Below, piece after piece: positions 38,247 through 53,448 of a stretch of 64,000 bases of DNA. The notes beneath the pieces are model-generated. The model was not told the DNA's origin and ran no database searches. It saw only the letters and a program-made list of their open reading frames with translations. How positions within the stretch are numbered: position 1 is the stretch's first letter; each line of letters starts with the position of its first letter. The stretch is from Candidatus Aminicenantes bacterium (GTDB lineage Bacteria > Acidobacteriota > Aminicenantia > Aminicenantales > Aminicenantaceae). The stretch spans positions 34,899 to 98,898 of the forward strand of contig JAGGYH010000080.1 in assembly GCA_021162615.1 (NCBI GenBank), in the 5' to 3' direction. The position numbers and the translations under genes were made by a program.

Positions 38247-38902
38247 CCGTATTATAGAGGATCAAAGGTTTCATATAACTCGTTTTCTCAGTCCTGAAAT
38301 CACATTCAGATAAAAAAAGATTGGACTCCTCTCCCTTATACGGAAGGATATGCCTTTCCTTTTTTATTTTAAGTCCGTTTCTGTGAACAGCCTCAATAAA
38401 ATCATCCCTCCGCCTGAATGAAAAAACAAAGTAAGCTCTTCCTTTTTCATGCAGCAGTTCAGCTGTTTTGCGCATCACATCAAAAATGTTACATTTTACT
38501 TCATGCTTTGCAATGGATATTTCCATTGACTGGCTCATCCGGCCGGTATTTTTTTCATAATAAGGCGGATTCGCAAACACAATATCATACTTTCTCCCCG
38601 GACTAAACATCCTTAAATCCTGACACATGACCTTAATGCGTTGCTGCAGATTGTTTAACGCAACATTCCTGCAGGCTAATTCAACAAGCGCCTCCTGGAT
38701 CTCCAGTGCCAAGAGACTTTTAAACGGCTTGATGCTTACCAGTAAAGATATGATGCCATTTGCTGTACCGAGCTCAATCAATTCATCTTCAGGGTAAGTT
38801 TTGATGAAGTCAGCGAGGAGAGGGGCTTCGATTGAAAACCGGTACCCCAGACTTTTCTGTATGATGCGGATTTTTCCGTGATAAAATGCATCCAGGGTCT
38901 CA

Positions 38903-40707
<1,805 letters not shown>

Positions 40708-40716
40708 TCACTGTTA

Positions 40717-43836
<3,120 letters not shown>

Positions 43837-44361
43837 TGATAGCAGACTGGAGTTCAGGGGTCATCCTTTTCCTTATCCTGTCTGCGGCCGCTTTGGTCGT
43901 TATTTCCGCTGCATACACTCTGAGCTCTTTTATTCCTGAAGCATAAAGAGAATCGATTTCCTGTTTAGTCAGTTCTTTCAGGCGTTGGGCCTCCTGCCTG
44001 GCACTCTCTATGATGTCTTCTTTTTGCTTTTTGCCTTCTGATTCGGCTTCTTCCTTCATTTTTTTTACTTCTTCGTAAATCTCCTCCAACCTCCCCATAG
44101 CTCCCTTTAACTTCTTTTCCGATCCTTTCCTGGCTTCCACAGCCTCTTTTATGGAAAGGTCTGTTTTTTTGCTTCGTTCGTCCAGATAATTTTTTATGGG
44201 TTTTCTAAGGAGTAAAAAAAGCCCGCCGAAGAGCACTGTAAAATTGACAACTTTCCCCAAAAATTCCCCTGAATTTGATGTATGGCCTGTATTCTCAGGA
44301 GACATACATAGGAAAATGGGAATAATGAATAAAAGGATCCAAAAAACGTTTTTATCGGACA

Positions 44362-44778
44362 TCATTCTAATATTTTATCTTCTATCTTTTTTGCCAGATC
44401 TCCACTCTCTTTATGTATCTTTTTTTTCAACTCATTTATCTGTTTATCCAGCACTCTTTGCGCTTCCTTGACCTGATCCCGGCACTCGGAAGATATATCT
44501 GACAGCATTTTTTCCTTTTCTTCCAGAGCTTCCTTTTCAAACTTATCTTTTATTTTAACAGAAGAATTTTTAGCTGCCTTAAGGTCCTCTTCAATCTTTT
44601 TTATGATTTTTTCATATTTCTCATCCGCCTTTTTCCCGGCTTTTGCGTCATCTGATATTTTTGAATGCCTTTTCTTCATCACATTCCGGACCGGATTGAA
44701 ATATATTTTGGTAAGAACAGCCAAGAGAACCCATATGAGGATAAAAACGACCACTAAACTTATATCGACCGAAATCAT
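44362..44778 (-). CDS. F0F1 ATP synthase subunit b' (second b-type subunit)
   Basis: N-terminal TM helix plus K/E coiled coil, directly upstream of atpF. No atpB/atpE genes follow upstream. Confidence 0.7.
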   Translation of the reverse strand: MISVDISLVVVFILIWVLLAVLTKIYFNPVRNVMKKRHSKISDDAKAGKKADEKYEKIIKKIEEDLKAAKNSSVKIKDKFEKEALEEKEKMLSDISSECRDQVKEAQRVLDKQINELKKKIHKESGDLAKKIEDKILE

Positions 44779-44893
44779 TTTAAAATCAAATTAGTGCAAA
44801 AAAATTAAAGGGGAAATGTACCACTTTTTCCCTAAAAAAGCAAGAACTCAAAGCCCCAAAAACGTGACCCCAGAAAATCATGTCTCTAACTTC

Positions 44894-45254
44894 GATGATT
44901 CACCAGTCGAGGTTTCTGCGCAACTCCCCCCGTCCATGGGTGATCCTGGTCATTCATAAAATATGGTTGCGTTTCCAACACATTTACCATGATCGGCTCT
45001 CTTATCATTCTTAATTCATTAAGAACATACTTCTTACGTTGGTACATGTAATAATTTTACTTTATGCAACCATATTTTACCTTCATAGGCGAGCCGAGGA
45101 ATAAGCTGATTTTACTCGCTGGGAAAAATCAGCGGGCTGAAGAACCAGCTTGCCTGATGAAAGCCGGGAGCACAGGCCACACCTTAATTTCAGATCGGCT
45201 CGCCTGAAATGCAAAACAATGAACATCGCTGTTTTTTTATGAATTGTTCAGGCT
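44894..45254. repeat. Copy 3 (about 361 bp) of the mosaic intergenic repeat family (modules A-B-unique-C-D-E)
   Basis: GATGATTCACCAGTCGAGGTTTCTG, CAACTCCCCCCGTCCATGGGTG, then near-identical GGCGAGCCGAGGAATAAGCTGATTTTACTCGCTGGGAAAAATCAGCGGGCTGAAGAACCAGCTTGCCTGATGAAAGCCGGGAGCACAGGCC, then TTATGAATTGTTCAGGCT at the 3' end, which overlaps the folC stop. Confidence 0.8.
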
Positions 45255-46535
45255 AACCGCTTTTTTCATCTCTCCCACAATATATAAAGATCCTGCAATC
45301 AATATGGAACCGGTCCTCCCCGCGTAACAAAGAGCCGACCTAAATGCCTGAACCGGATCAGGCTCACACGTGATTTTATGCTTATGATGGAGGGTTTCGG
45401 ACAGTATCTCTTCCGGAGAGGCCGCTCTGTAAAATCGAAATCTGGTGACAATGACCCTGTCTGCTTTTGGAAACAGTATATCAGAGATCTCCTTTATTTT
45501 CTTCCCTTTCATCACTGCAAATATCAGCACGGAAACAGAACCTGTAAATTCGTCCAGGTACTCTCTCAAAGCCTTGGCGCCTTCGATATTATGGGCGCCA
45601 TCCATAATAATCAGAGGTTTTCTAGAAATGATTTCCAGCCTGCCCGGCCATTCTGCTGACTCGATCCCTTTAATGATCTTCTCTTTATCCAGCTTCCGGC
45701 ATCTTTGATGGATCTGTTCAGCGATCCCAATGGCTATGGCCGCATTTTTTCCCTGATGAACTCCGGGTAAACATGTTGAATACCTGTACGCTTTATCATT
45801 GAGAATATAATCAAAGATAAACCGGTCCCTTATTTTTTTCTTCATAAAGCTCGTGTTATTCCCGAACACATCAAAAAACGGAGCCTTGAGCTCTTCGGCT
45901 CTCTTTTGAATGACCCTCTTCGGGTCTTCATCAATGACACCTGAGACGACAGGAACTCCCGGCTTAATGATTCCTGCCTTTTCAAAAGCGATTTGAGAAA
46001 GACTTTCCCCCAAATACTCCTGGTGTTCTCCTGAAATGGTCGTGATCGCCGTTACCACAGGGTCCACAGCTGTAGTGGCATCAAATCTTCCCCCCATCCC
46101 GACCTCCAGCACTGCCATGTCAACACAACTCTCTTTAAAATAAAGCACCGCCAAGAGGGTCATGAGCTCAAAATAGGTAGGAGGCGTTTTAAGTACACCC
46201 CTGTCTATCAGATTTTGTATTTTTTGTTTTAAAAACTCCAGCAGCCGGCAAAATTCCGTTCTGTGAATAAGGTCATCTCCAATCCTTATCCGTTCCTCAA
46301 TGTCAACCAGATGGGGAGATGTGAAAAGCCCGCACTTTATTCCATGTGAGGTCAAAATCCTTGTCACCATCGCACACACAGAGCCCTTCCCGTTTGAACC
46401 GGCGACCTGGATTGTTTTGAAGTCTTTTTGAGGATCGCCCAATTCGCTCATTACAGCACGGACATTATCAAGACCGAATTTTATGCCCAAGGATTGTATA
46501 CGTGCTAGATAACTCAGACAATCCCGGTAATTCAT
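45237..46535 (-). CDS. folC: Bifunctional folylpolyglutamate synthase / dihydrofolate synthase
   Basis: Mur-ligase P-loop QVAGSNGKGS. Central and C-terminal Mur ligase domains. Confidence 0.85.
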   Translation of the reverse strand: MNYRDCLSYLARIQSLGIKFGLDNVRAVMSELGDPQKDFKTIQVAGSNGKGSVCAMVTRILTSHGIKCGLFTSPHLVDIEERIRIGDDLIHRTEFCRLLEFLKQKIQNLIDRGVLKTPPTYFELMTLLAVLYFKESCVDMAVLEVGMGGRFDATTAVDPVVTAITTISGEHQEYLGESLSQIAFEKAGIIKPGVPVVSGVIDEDPKRVIQKRAEELKAPFFDVFGNNTSFMKKKIRDRFIFDYILNDKAYRYSTCLPGVHQGKNAAIAIGIAEQIHQRCRKLDKEKIIKGIESAEWPGRLEIISRKPLIIMDGAHNIEGAKALREYLDEFTGSVSVLIFAVMKGKKIKEISDILFPKADRVIVTRFRFYRAASPEEILSETLHHKHKITCEPDPVQAFRSALCYAGRTGSILIAGSLYIVGEMKKAVSLNNS

Positions 46536-47323
46536 GAAGCCAGATTAAGGAAAACGCGTAAGGCGCAGATAAGATAGGAACGCAGATTTTTTCTTTCCAC
46601 CACATCATCCAGCATACCATGTTCAAGCAAAAATTCAGCACGCTGGAATCCTTTAGGAAGCTTTTCTTTTATGGTCTGTTCAATAACTCTCGGACCTGCA
46701 AATCCAATCAATGCGTTGGGTTCGGCTATATTGATATCCCCAAGCATGGCATAACTTGCTGTCGTCCCTCCTGTGGTGGGATCCGTGATCACGGAAATAT
46801 AAGGAATTCCCGCCTGATCAAGCCTTCCAATAGCTGAGCTTGTCTTCATCATCTGCATCAAAGACAGAACGCCTTCCTGCATCCTTGCCCCGCCTGAACA
46901 CGAAACCACGATCACGGGAATTTTTTCATCCAGAGCCCTCTCAAAGGCCCTAGTCACTTTTTCTCCGACAACAGAGCCCATGCTCCCTCCCATAAAAGAA
47001 AAGTCCATGGCTGAGATGAGGACCTTGATTCCTCCCATGAAACCTTCTGCATTCAAAACCGCATCCTTGAGAGATGTTTTTTTTCTTTGCTCTTTCAGAC
47101 GATCCGAGTAATCTTTAGAATCTTTAAAACCAAGGGCATCCATGGAAGATATATTTTTATCATAAAGTTTATATTCTCCGTTATCATAAAGAAGTTCCAG
47201 TCTTTTTTTTGCTGATATCCTGAAATGAAAACCACAGGCAGGGCAGACATAAAGATTGTCTAAAATATCCTGTTTGTAAAGGATTCTCCGGCAGTTGTTA
47301 CACCGACTCCAGCGGTCCCCCAT
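46532..47323 (-). CDS. accD: Acetyl-CoA carboxylase carboxyltransferase subunit beta
   Basis: N-terminal C4 zinc finger CNNCRRILYKQDILDNLYVCPACGFH, then the carboxyltransferase domain. Confidence 0.85.
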   Translation of the reverse strand: MGDRWSRCNNCRRILYKQDILDNLYVCPACGFHFRISAKKRLELLYDNGEYKLYDKNISSMDALGFKDSKDYSDRLKEQRKKTSLKDAVLNAEGFMGGIKVLISAMDFSFMGGSMGSVVGEKVTRAFERALDEKIPVIVVSCSGGARMQEGVLSLMQMMKTSSAIGRLDQAGIPYISVITDPTTGGTTASYAMLGDINIAEPNALIGFAGPRVIEQTIKEKLPKGFQRAEFLLEHGMLDDVVERKNLRSYLICALRVFLNLAS

Positions 47324-47326
47324 TTT

Positions 47327-47779
47327 CTATTTTCCCTTCTTTTCCATTTGTTTGACAATTTCAATGACAGCTTCGGGCTCCAGCAAGTCGTCCTCAATAT
47401 TTACTTCATCATGAAGCAGCCTGTTTACCGCATCCAGCAGTTTTTCCTTATCATAAGGCTTCTCAAAATAAGCAGCTGCCCCAAAAGACCTTATGGCTTC
47501 GTTCCTGTACTGGGCTCCCTTGTACAAACCTGTTACAATGATAATCGGAACTCCTCCCTTGGTCTCCTTAGAAATCTTCTGTGTAAGGTCAAATCCGTGC
47601 AGTTTCGGAAGCATCGCCTCAAGGATAATCAGGTCAGGCTTTTCCTCCTTGTACTTCTCATAAGCTTTTTGACCGTCGGCGGCTTTTATGACTTCCATGT
47701 TTTTTCCTGAAACCAAATCAGACAAAGCTTCCAGACTTTCAGTGTCATAATCAACGACCAATACTTTTTTCCCAGCCAT
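47327..47779 (-). CDS. Single-domain response regulator (CheY-like receiver, no output domain)
   Basis: KVLVVDYD..DLIILEAMLPKLHGFDL..IIIVTG..K pattern with conserved Asp/Lys positions. Confidence 0.7.
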   Translation of the reverse strand: MAGKKVLVVDYDTESLEALSDLVSGKNMEVIKAADGQKAYEKYKEEKPDLIILEAMLPKLHGFDLTQKISKETKGGVPIIIVTGLYKGAQYRNEAIRSFGAAAYFEKPYDKEKLLDAVNRLLHDEVNIEDDLLEPEAVIEIVKQMEKKGK

Positions 47780-47849
47780 TATAGCGCTCGTAATAACTTA
47801 AATTTTAGAAAACAAATCTTTTAATGTCAATCGACATGAATTATCCCAT

Positions 47850-48824
47850 TCAGGAGCTTAGCCATCCCTTGGCTTTGTACCATTCAATGGTTTTGCTGAT
47901 ACCAGTTTTAAAATCATGCTCCGGTGAATAGCCCAATTCATTTTCAGCTTTGCCTATGGACAGAGGTTTTGAATGTGAAAAAAAAGCCAGTTTACCCATG
48001 GTAAGAGGAGCTTCCCTGCTTAGAGTTTTATAACCGTTTTCTAAAAGAAAAGCAACCATTTTAACAAACCACAGCGGCAGAGGGAATGAAGGGAAACTGA
48101 CTCCCGCTGCACCGGCAATCTCCTCACAGATTGCCCTGACAGTCATTATCTCATTTCCTGCCAGGTGATAGATCTGCGCTTTTTCCCCTTTATCAGCGCA
48201 AAGTACGGCCCCGTGAACAAGGTCACTGATATAGACAGGCGTTTGAAAGGCTTTCTTGCCTGTAACGAAAATAAAATTTTTTTTAGCAATAGCCCTAATA
48301 AGCTTAAACGTTCTCCGGTCTCCTGGCCCATAGACCCATCCCGGCCGTACGACCACAATACCCATCCCCCTTCTGGCAAAATCAAGGGCTATGTCCTCCC
48401 CTTCCAGCTTGCTCCGGTCATACACGTTTATCGGATTTCTCACATAATCTTCTTTGACCCCATAGGCCCCTTTGACAGAGCCAAGAACTCCTGCAGAACT
48501 AAAATGAACACATCTTCTTACTCCTTGGTTCCCAGCAGCTTCATACACAACTCTTGACCCTTCCTTATTTACCCGAAAAAATTCTTTCTCACTTACATGA
48601 GAGGCGCCCATGGCTGCTGCCAGATGATAAAGCACATCCACATTTTCCAGGGCCCTTCTCAAAGTCCGCGAATCACAGATATCCCCCTTATACACACGGC
48701 ATAGATTCTCTTCAGGCAGACCTCTTTCATGGACAAAGGCGTTCACCCTGTGATTTTCTCTGATAAGCTCTTTGACAAGAGCCCTTCCGATGAATCCGGA
48801 TGCCCCTGTTACACAAACGTTCAT
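47850..48824 (-). CDS. NAD-dependent epimerase/dehydratase (SDR superfamily)
   Basis: VTGASGFIGRALVKEL Rossmann motif and the YxxxK region. Confidence 0.8.
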   Translation of the reverse strand: MNVCVTGASGFIGRALVKELIRENHRVNAFVHERGLPEENLCRVYKGDICDSRTLRRALENVDVLYHLAAAMGASHVSEKEFFRVNKEGSRVVYEAAGNQGVRRCVHFSSAGVLGSVKGAYGVKEDYVRNPINVYDRSKLEGEDIALDFARRGMGIVVVRPGWVYGPGDRRTFKLIRAIAKKNFIFVTGKKAFQTPVYISDLVHGAVLCADKGEKAQIYHLAGNEIMTVRAICEEIAGAAGVSFPSFPLPLWFVKMVAFLLENGYKTLSREAPLTMGKLAFFSHSKPLSIGKAENELGYSPEHDFKTGISKTIEWYKAKGWLSS

Positions 48825-48836
48825 GATTTCTATGTG

Positions 48837-50006
48837 TTATCCATTTTTGTGTTTAAACGCTTTTTCTAAGACCTGTTCTATTTTCTGCTTGTATCTCGAA
48901 AATGTATAATTCTTTTGAGACATTTTCCGTGCCGCCTCTGCCCTTTCTCCCGCCTCATCACTGGAAAGCGCAAACTCAATCCCTTTGGCCATCTCTTCGG
49001 GCTCCGGTTTTACGAGAATACATATCTTTTCATTCAACACCTGTGTATGCGTCCACAGGTCCGTGGCCACCAGCGGCTTTCCTGATTTAAGATAAGAATA
49101 GATCTTAAGCGGAGTGTTTGTCCCTGATAGACGCGGGGAGACAAGCACATCGGCCAATCTTATGTATAAAGGGATCTCAGAAGGATCCACCTGTCCGGTC
49201 AAATGGATTTTCTGAAGGACCCTCTCCTGCTCTGCTTTCTTCTTTATTCTCTCCACCGATGAGCGGGCCCCCCCTACAAGGAGAAAGACCACATTCTTGC
49301 TGCGTATGCCGGATACAGCTTTAAGCAGCATCTCAATACCCTGGTAAGCCTGAAAATTTCCTGTATACAGGACTATTTTCTCCTCATTCGAACAGATTTC
49401 ACTGCGTCTCTCCATCACCTCTTCCTCGGATAAGGAGGCAGGCTCAAAATCCAGGAAATTCTCCAGCAGGACTCCTTTCTTTTCATAGCCGGCGCGCTTG
49501 ATCTGATTGTAGAGGTCTTTGCATATGACTATGACGGAATGGGAATGTTTCAGTATGAACCTCTCAAGCCAGTTGAAAAGAGATTTCATTAATTGTGATT
49601 TTGAAAAATTAAAATTTTCAAGCTGCTGGGGAAGGCTGGAATGCATATCATAGATATGCGGGAGATTCCACATTTTGGATAGAAGGACTCCAAGAAGGGC
49701 CGCCTCTTCATGAGAAAATATCAGGTCATATCTCTTCCTTAAAAGCTGAGAAAAGGCCTTAATAAAAAGCAGGAAATCAAGAGGGATCTTTGCCCATGAA
49801 GGGCCTATTTTTATATTTCTTATGGAAAAGAGATCAGCGATCCTCATGATATTGACGTTTTTGAAGGTTCTGTCTTCACCCATATGATACGTCACCAGAT
49901 CCACCTCATGGCCCAGGGAAGACAGTGCTTTCAAACGAAAATACACGCTTATCGGAGTTCCCCTCGATTGAAAATAAGGTTCGGGGGCAAACATAAGAAT
50001 TTTCAT
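48837..50006 (-). CDS. Glycosyltransferase family 4 (GT-B fold)
   Basis: GT4-like C-terminal domain, about 390 aa. Confidence 0.65.
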   Translation of the reverse strand: MKILMFAPEPYFQSRGTPISVYFRLKALSSLGHEVDLVTYHMGEDRTFKNVNIMRIADLFSIRNIKIGPSWAKIPLDFLLFIKAFSQLLRKRYDLIFSHEEAALLGVLLSKMWNLPHIYDMHSSLPQQLENFNFSKSQLMKSLFNWLERFILKHSHSVIVICKDLYNQIKRAGYEKKGVLLENFLDFEPASLSEEEVMERRSEICSNEEKIVLYTGNFQAYQGIEMLLKAVSGIRSKNVVFLLVGGARSSVERIKKKAEQERVLQKIHLTGQVDPSEIPLYIRLADVLVSPRLSGTNTPLKIYSYLKSGKPLVATDLWTHTQVLNEKICILVKPEPEEMAKGIEFALSSDEAGERAEAARKMSQKNYTFSRYKQKIEQVLEKAFKHKNG

Positions 50007-50017
50007 TTAAATCCAGT

Positions 50018-50998
50018 CTAGTCAGAACCTATTTCCGAATCAGATTCATATATGTCTCGAATATAATATATCCTTTTCCCAATGGATTCATGATATGCGC
50101 GAACGAGAATTTCAGCTAAAAGCCCCAGAGTGATAAACTGAAACCCCACCACCATAAGGAGAACAGCTAAAAGAAGTAAAGGCCGGTCAGCTATTCCCTG
50201 TTTCAGAACCAGCCTCTGATAAGAGAGAATGGCACCGATCACTCCTCCCGCCATACCGCTTATAAGGCCAAAAATTCCGAATATCTGGAGCGGCCTGGTA
50301 GCGTAGCTCAACATAAACTTCACGGTTAAAAGGTCCAGCACCACTTTTGTAAAGCGCATCAAGCTGTACTTTGATTTTCCGTGGCGTCTGGGGCGGTGGT
50401 TGACTTCAACTTCTGCAATAGTTATCCCAATATTGCTGGCAATCGCAGGGATAAACCGGTGCATCTCCCCATATAGATTGATATTCTTGACCACTTCCCT
50501 TCGAAAAGCTTTTAAGGTGCATCCGTAATCATGGAGCTTGACCCGGGTTATCACGGATATTATCCAGTTAGCCATCATCGATGGAAGGCGGCGTGTGAAT
50601 AATTTATCCTTTCTTTTTTTCCTCCAGCCGCTTACCAAATCATATCCTTCTTCCATCTTATCGATAAGCATCCCAAAGTCCTCCGGGTCGTTCTGCAGAT
50701 CAGCATCAAGAGTGATGATAATATCACCGCATGAATGATCAAATCCCGCAGACAGGGCCGCTGTCTGCCCAAAATTCTTTCTCAGCCGGATAACGCATAT
50801 TCTTGGATCTCTCTTCTGCAGCCGGATGAGCACATTCAATGAATCGTCCGTACTCCCGTCATCAATAAAAATCACTTCATAAGATTTGTTCAGCTTTTCA
50901 CAGGATACGGTGATCTCCTTATATAGCTGGTCCAGACTTTCCTGTTCATTAAAAACCGGAATAACCAGGGATAGATCACATTTCCTTTTTTTCATCAT
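50018..50998 (-). CDS. GT2 polyprenol-phosphate glycosyltransferase with C-terminal TM helices (ArnC/GtrB-like)
   Basis: LSLVIPVFNEQESL..IFIDDGSTDDS motifs and two C-terminal hydrophobic helices, as in undecaprenyl-phosphate sugar transferases. Confidence 0.75.
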   Translation of the reverse strand: MMKKRKCDLSLVIPVFNEQESLDQLYKEITVSCEKLNKSYEVIFIDDGSTDDSLNVLIRLQKRDPRICVIRLRKNFGQTAALSAGFDHSCGDIIITLDADLQNDPEDFGMLIDKMEEGYDLVSGWRKKRKDKLFTRRLPSMMANWIISVITRVKLHDYGCTLKAFRREVVKNINLYGEMHRFIPAIASNIGITIAEVEVNHRPRRHGKSKYSLMRFTKVVLDLLTVKFMLSYATRPLQIFGIFGLISGMAGGVIGAILSYQRLVLKQGIADRPLLLLAVLLMVVGFQFITLGLLAEILVRAYHESIGKRIYYIRDIYESDSEIGSD

Positions 50999-51076
50999 CG
51001 GGGTAAATATATCATAACGTTAAAAAAATGACCACCCATGTTTTTTTCTATGTGAGAAAAAGAATCAGAAGGCCTG

Positions 51077-51105
51077 GATTGACTTAAATATTTGTAACAT
51101 ATATC
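51077..51105 (+). promoter_or_regulatory. Putative sigma70-type promoter for the symporter gene
   Basis: TTGACT (51077-51082), 17-nt spacer, TATCAT (51100-51105). 23 nt upstream of the ATG at 51129. Confidence 0.35.
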
Positions 51106-51128
51106 ATAACTCTCTAAAAAAAATTTAA

Positions 51129-52361
51129 ATGAAAAAAATAAAACTCCACACCAAGATATTCCTGGGGCTGGTAGTTGGAATCATCGCCGGCATTATTTTC
51201 GGAGAAAAAATCCTTATTATCGAACCCATAGGCACTGTGTTCCTTCACCTTATCACAATGATCGTCGTTCCATTGGTCTTTGTCTCTTTGATGCTCGGCA
51301 CAGCCAGCCTGGGAGATGTCAGAAAACTTGGAAGGATAGGAGCCAAAACAGCCGCCTATTTTATCATAACCACTATTATAGCTATCGTAGTCGGTCTGTT
51401 TCTGGCCAATGCGGTCCAGCCCGGGAAGGGACTTTCTCCGGATGTCCAGGAACAGCTCTATAAAAACTTCGAAGCCAAAGCACAGGCCGGCCTTAAACAT
51501 ATGGAAGAAAAGCCTTCAATCATAGAAGTCATCGTTAATATCGTCCCTGAAAATCCCATCAGGGCCTTTATTGATGGAAACATGCTTCAGATCATATTCA
51601 TGGCTCTTCTCTTTGGGGTTGTGCTGACTCTTATCAAAAAAGACAAATCAAAACCTATCATCACCTTTCTGGACGGACTCAATGATGTTTTCATCCAGGT
51701 CGTTCACATCGTGATGAAACTGGCTCCCTACGGTGTGCTGGCGCTCAGTGCGGCTGTGGTGGGCCAGTTCGGTACGGATATCCTTATAACGCTTCTTAAG
51801 TATTCCATGGTCGTGCTGGGAGGCCTTTTTCTCTACACGGTCAGCGTCAACAGCCTTTCCATAAGGCTTTTGGGCAGGATGAGCCCTCTTCGTTTTTTCA
51901 AGGCCGTTAAAGAAGCCATAGTCATCGCCTTCAGCACATCAAGTTCCATGGCCACCCTCCCTGTAGCAATGGACGATGTCGAAAGCATTGGCGTCAAGCG
52001 TGAATACTCGAGCTTTGTAATCCCTCTGGGTGCCACGGTCAACATGGACGGGACAGCTCTCTACCAGGGAGTCTCAGCCGTTTTTATAGCACAGATATAC
52101 GGCATCCATCTGGGGATCACCGGGCAGGTCACCATAGTGCTTATGGCCGTTCTTTCCTCCATCGGTACGGCCGGAGTTCCCATGGCCGGGATCATAGCTC
52201 TTGCCCTTGTCCTGAAACAGCTGGGTATTCCCCTTGAAGGAATAGCTCTCATTCTGGGAGTAGAAAGACTTCTGGACATGGTCAGAACCAGTACAAACGT
52301 CATTGGAAATATGGCGTGTTCTGTTGTGATCCAGCAGCTGGAAGAGAAGGGGAACAAATGA
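51129..52361 (+). CDS. Dicarboxylate/amino acid:cation symporter (GltP/DctA family)
   Basis: About 410 aa polytopic protein with the conserved SSSMATLP and AxxNMDGTALY family motifs. Confidence 0.85.
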   Translation: MKKIKLHTKIFLGLVVGIIAGIIFGEKILIIEPIGTVFLHLITMIVVPLVFVSLMLGTASLGDVRKLGRIGAKTAAYFIITTIIAIVVGLFLANAVQPGKGLSPDVQEQLYKNFEAKAQAGLKHMEEKPSIIEVIVNIVPENPIRAFIDGNMLQIIFMALLFGVVLTLIKKDKSKPIITFLDGLNDVFIQVVHIVMKLAPYGVLALSAAVVGQFGTDILITLLKYSMVVLGGLFLYTVSVNSLSIRLLGRMSPLRFFKAVKEAIVIAFSTSSSMATLPVAMDDVESIGVKREYSSFVIPLGATVNMDGTALYQGVSAVFIAQIYGIHLGITGQVTIVLMAVLSSIGTAGVPMAGIIALALVLKQLGIPLEGIALILGVERLLDMVRTSTNVIGNMACSVVIQQLEEKGNK

Positions 52362-53335
52362 ATATCATAAATTACTGGCTCCGCCTTCTGAGACTGTTTT
52401 ATCACTATCAAAAGAATTCGACGCATCTCCCTTATCTCCCCATACGGCTCTGGATCGAAGCAACGAGTCACTGCAACTTCCGCTGTGTGATGTGCCCCAA
52501 CAAGGACCTTAAAAAACAGGACAAAGGATTCATGGAATTCGATGTCTACAAAAAAATTATCGATGAAGCCAAGGAATTTGTTTCTGATATAAACCTTGCC
52601 CACAGAGGAGAATCTCTCCTTCACCCTAAAATCGGCGATATGATCCGTTTGGCCAAAGATAATCACATTTATACCAAACTCCACACAAACGGATCCCTGC
52701 TTACTGAAAAAGTTTCCCGCGACATCATATCCTCCAGCCTGGACAGACTGTCCTTTTCCTTTGATGGTTTTAAAAAAGAGACGTATGAAAAAATAAGAGT
52801 GGGCGGCAATTTCAACAAAACGGTTCATAATATAAAAAGGTTTTTAGAGATAAAAAAATCACTGGCTTCAAAAAAGCCGTTTACTGTCATAGAAGTGATC
52901 AATTTCGATAATTTTCCCGAGCTGCAGTTAAAAAAAGAAAAGGAGATTTTTCTCAATCGATTTAAAGGGCTTCCTTTGGACAGCTTCATTGCCAAAGAAC
53001 TGCATAACTGGGCAGGCGAGATAGAAAAAAAGGCAAGTCAAGGGAAATACTCCAAATGCCCGTTCCCCTGGAATGCCATGATCATTTTCTGGAACGGAGA
53101 TGTTTCTCCCTGCACTCAGGACTTTTTCGGTGCCTACATAACAGGCAATGTAAAAGAAAATTCTCTAAAAGAGATATGGAACGGGCCTCCTATGGTTCAG
53201 CTCAGAAAAAAACTGGTCCGAAAAGACATCGGCGATCTCAAGACCTGTTCCAGCTGCGACAGAATCTGGAGACAGGGACTCCTTGGAGTTCCGAAAGAAT
53301 ACTTGTGGAAATTTATCACAAAGCGGATGCCCTAA
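52358..53335 (+). CDS. Radical SAM protein with C-terminal SPASM/twitch-like cysteine cluster
   Basis: CNFRCVMC (CxxxCxxC) near the N-terminus and a C-terminal Cys cluster (C..C..CSSCDRIW). Start set at the ATG overlapping the symporter stop. Confidence 0.7.
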   Translation: MNIINYWLRLLRLFYHYQKNSTHLPYLPIRLWIEATSHCNFRCVMCPNKDLKKQDKGFMEFDVYKKIIDEAKEFVSDINLAHRGESLLHPKIGDMIRLAKDNHIYTKLHTNGSLLTEKVSRDIISSSLDRLSFSFDGFKKETYEKIRVGGNFNKTVHNIKRFLEIKKSLASKKPFTVIEVINFDNFPELQLKKEKEIFLNRFKGLPLDSFIAKELHNWAGEIEKKASQGKYSKCPFPWNAMIIFWNGDVSPCTQDFFGAYITGNVKENSLKEIWNGPPMVQLRKKLVRKDIGDLKTCSSCDRIWRQGLLGVPKEYLWKFITKRMP

Positions 53336-53448
53336 TAGCCGTTCTGACGGGATTGGGATAATGCCAGAAACAATTATATTCCTGGATTTATTATCAGGAA
53401 AATTGATTGCTTTTCCGAATTCAGCTAGAATTCAATCGTGATGCTGCC

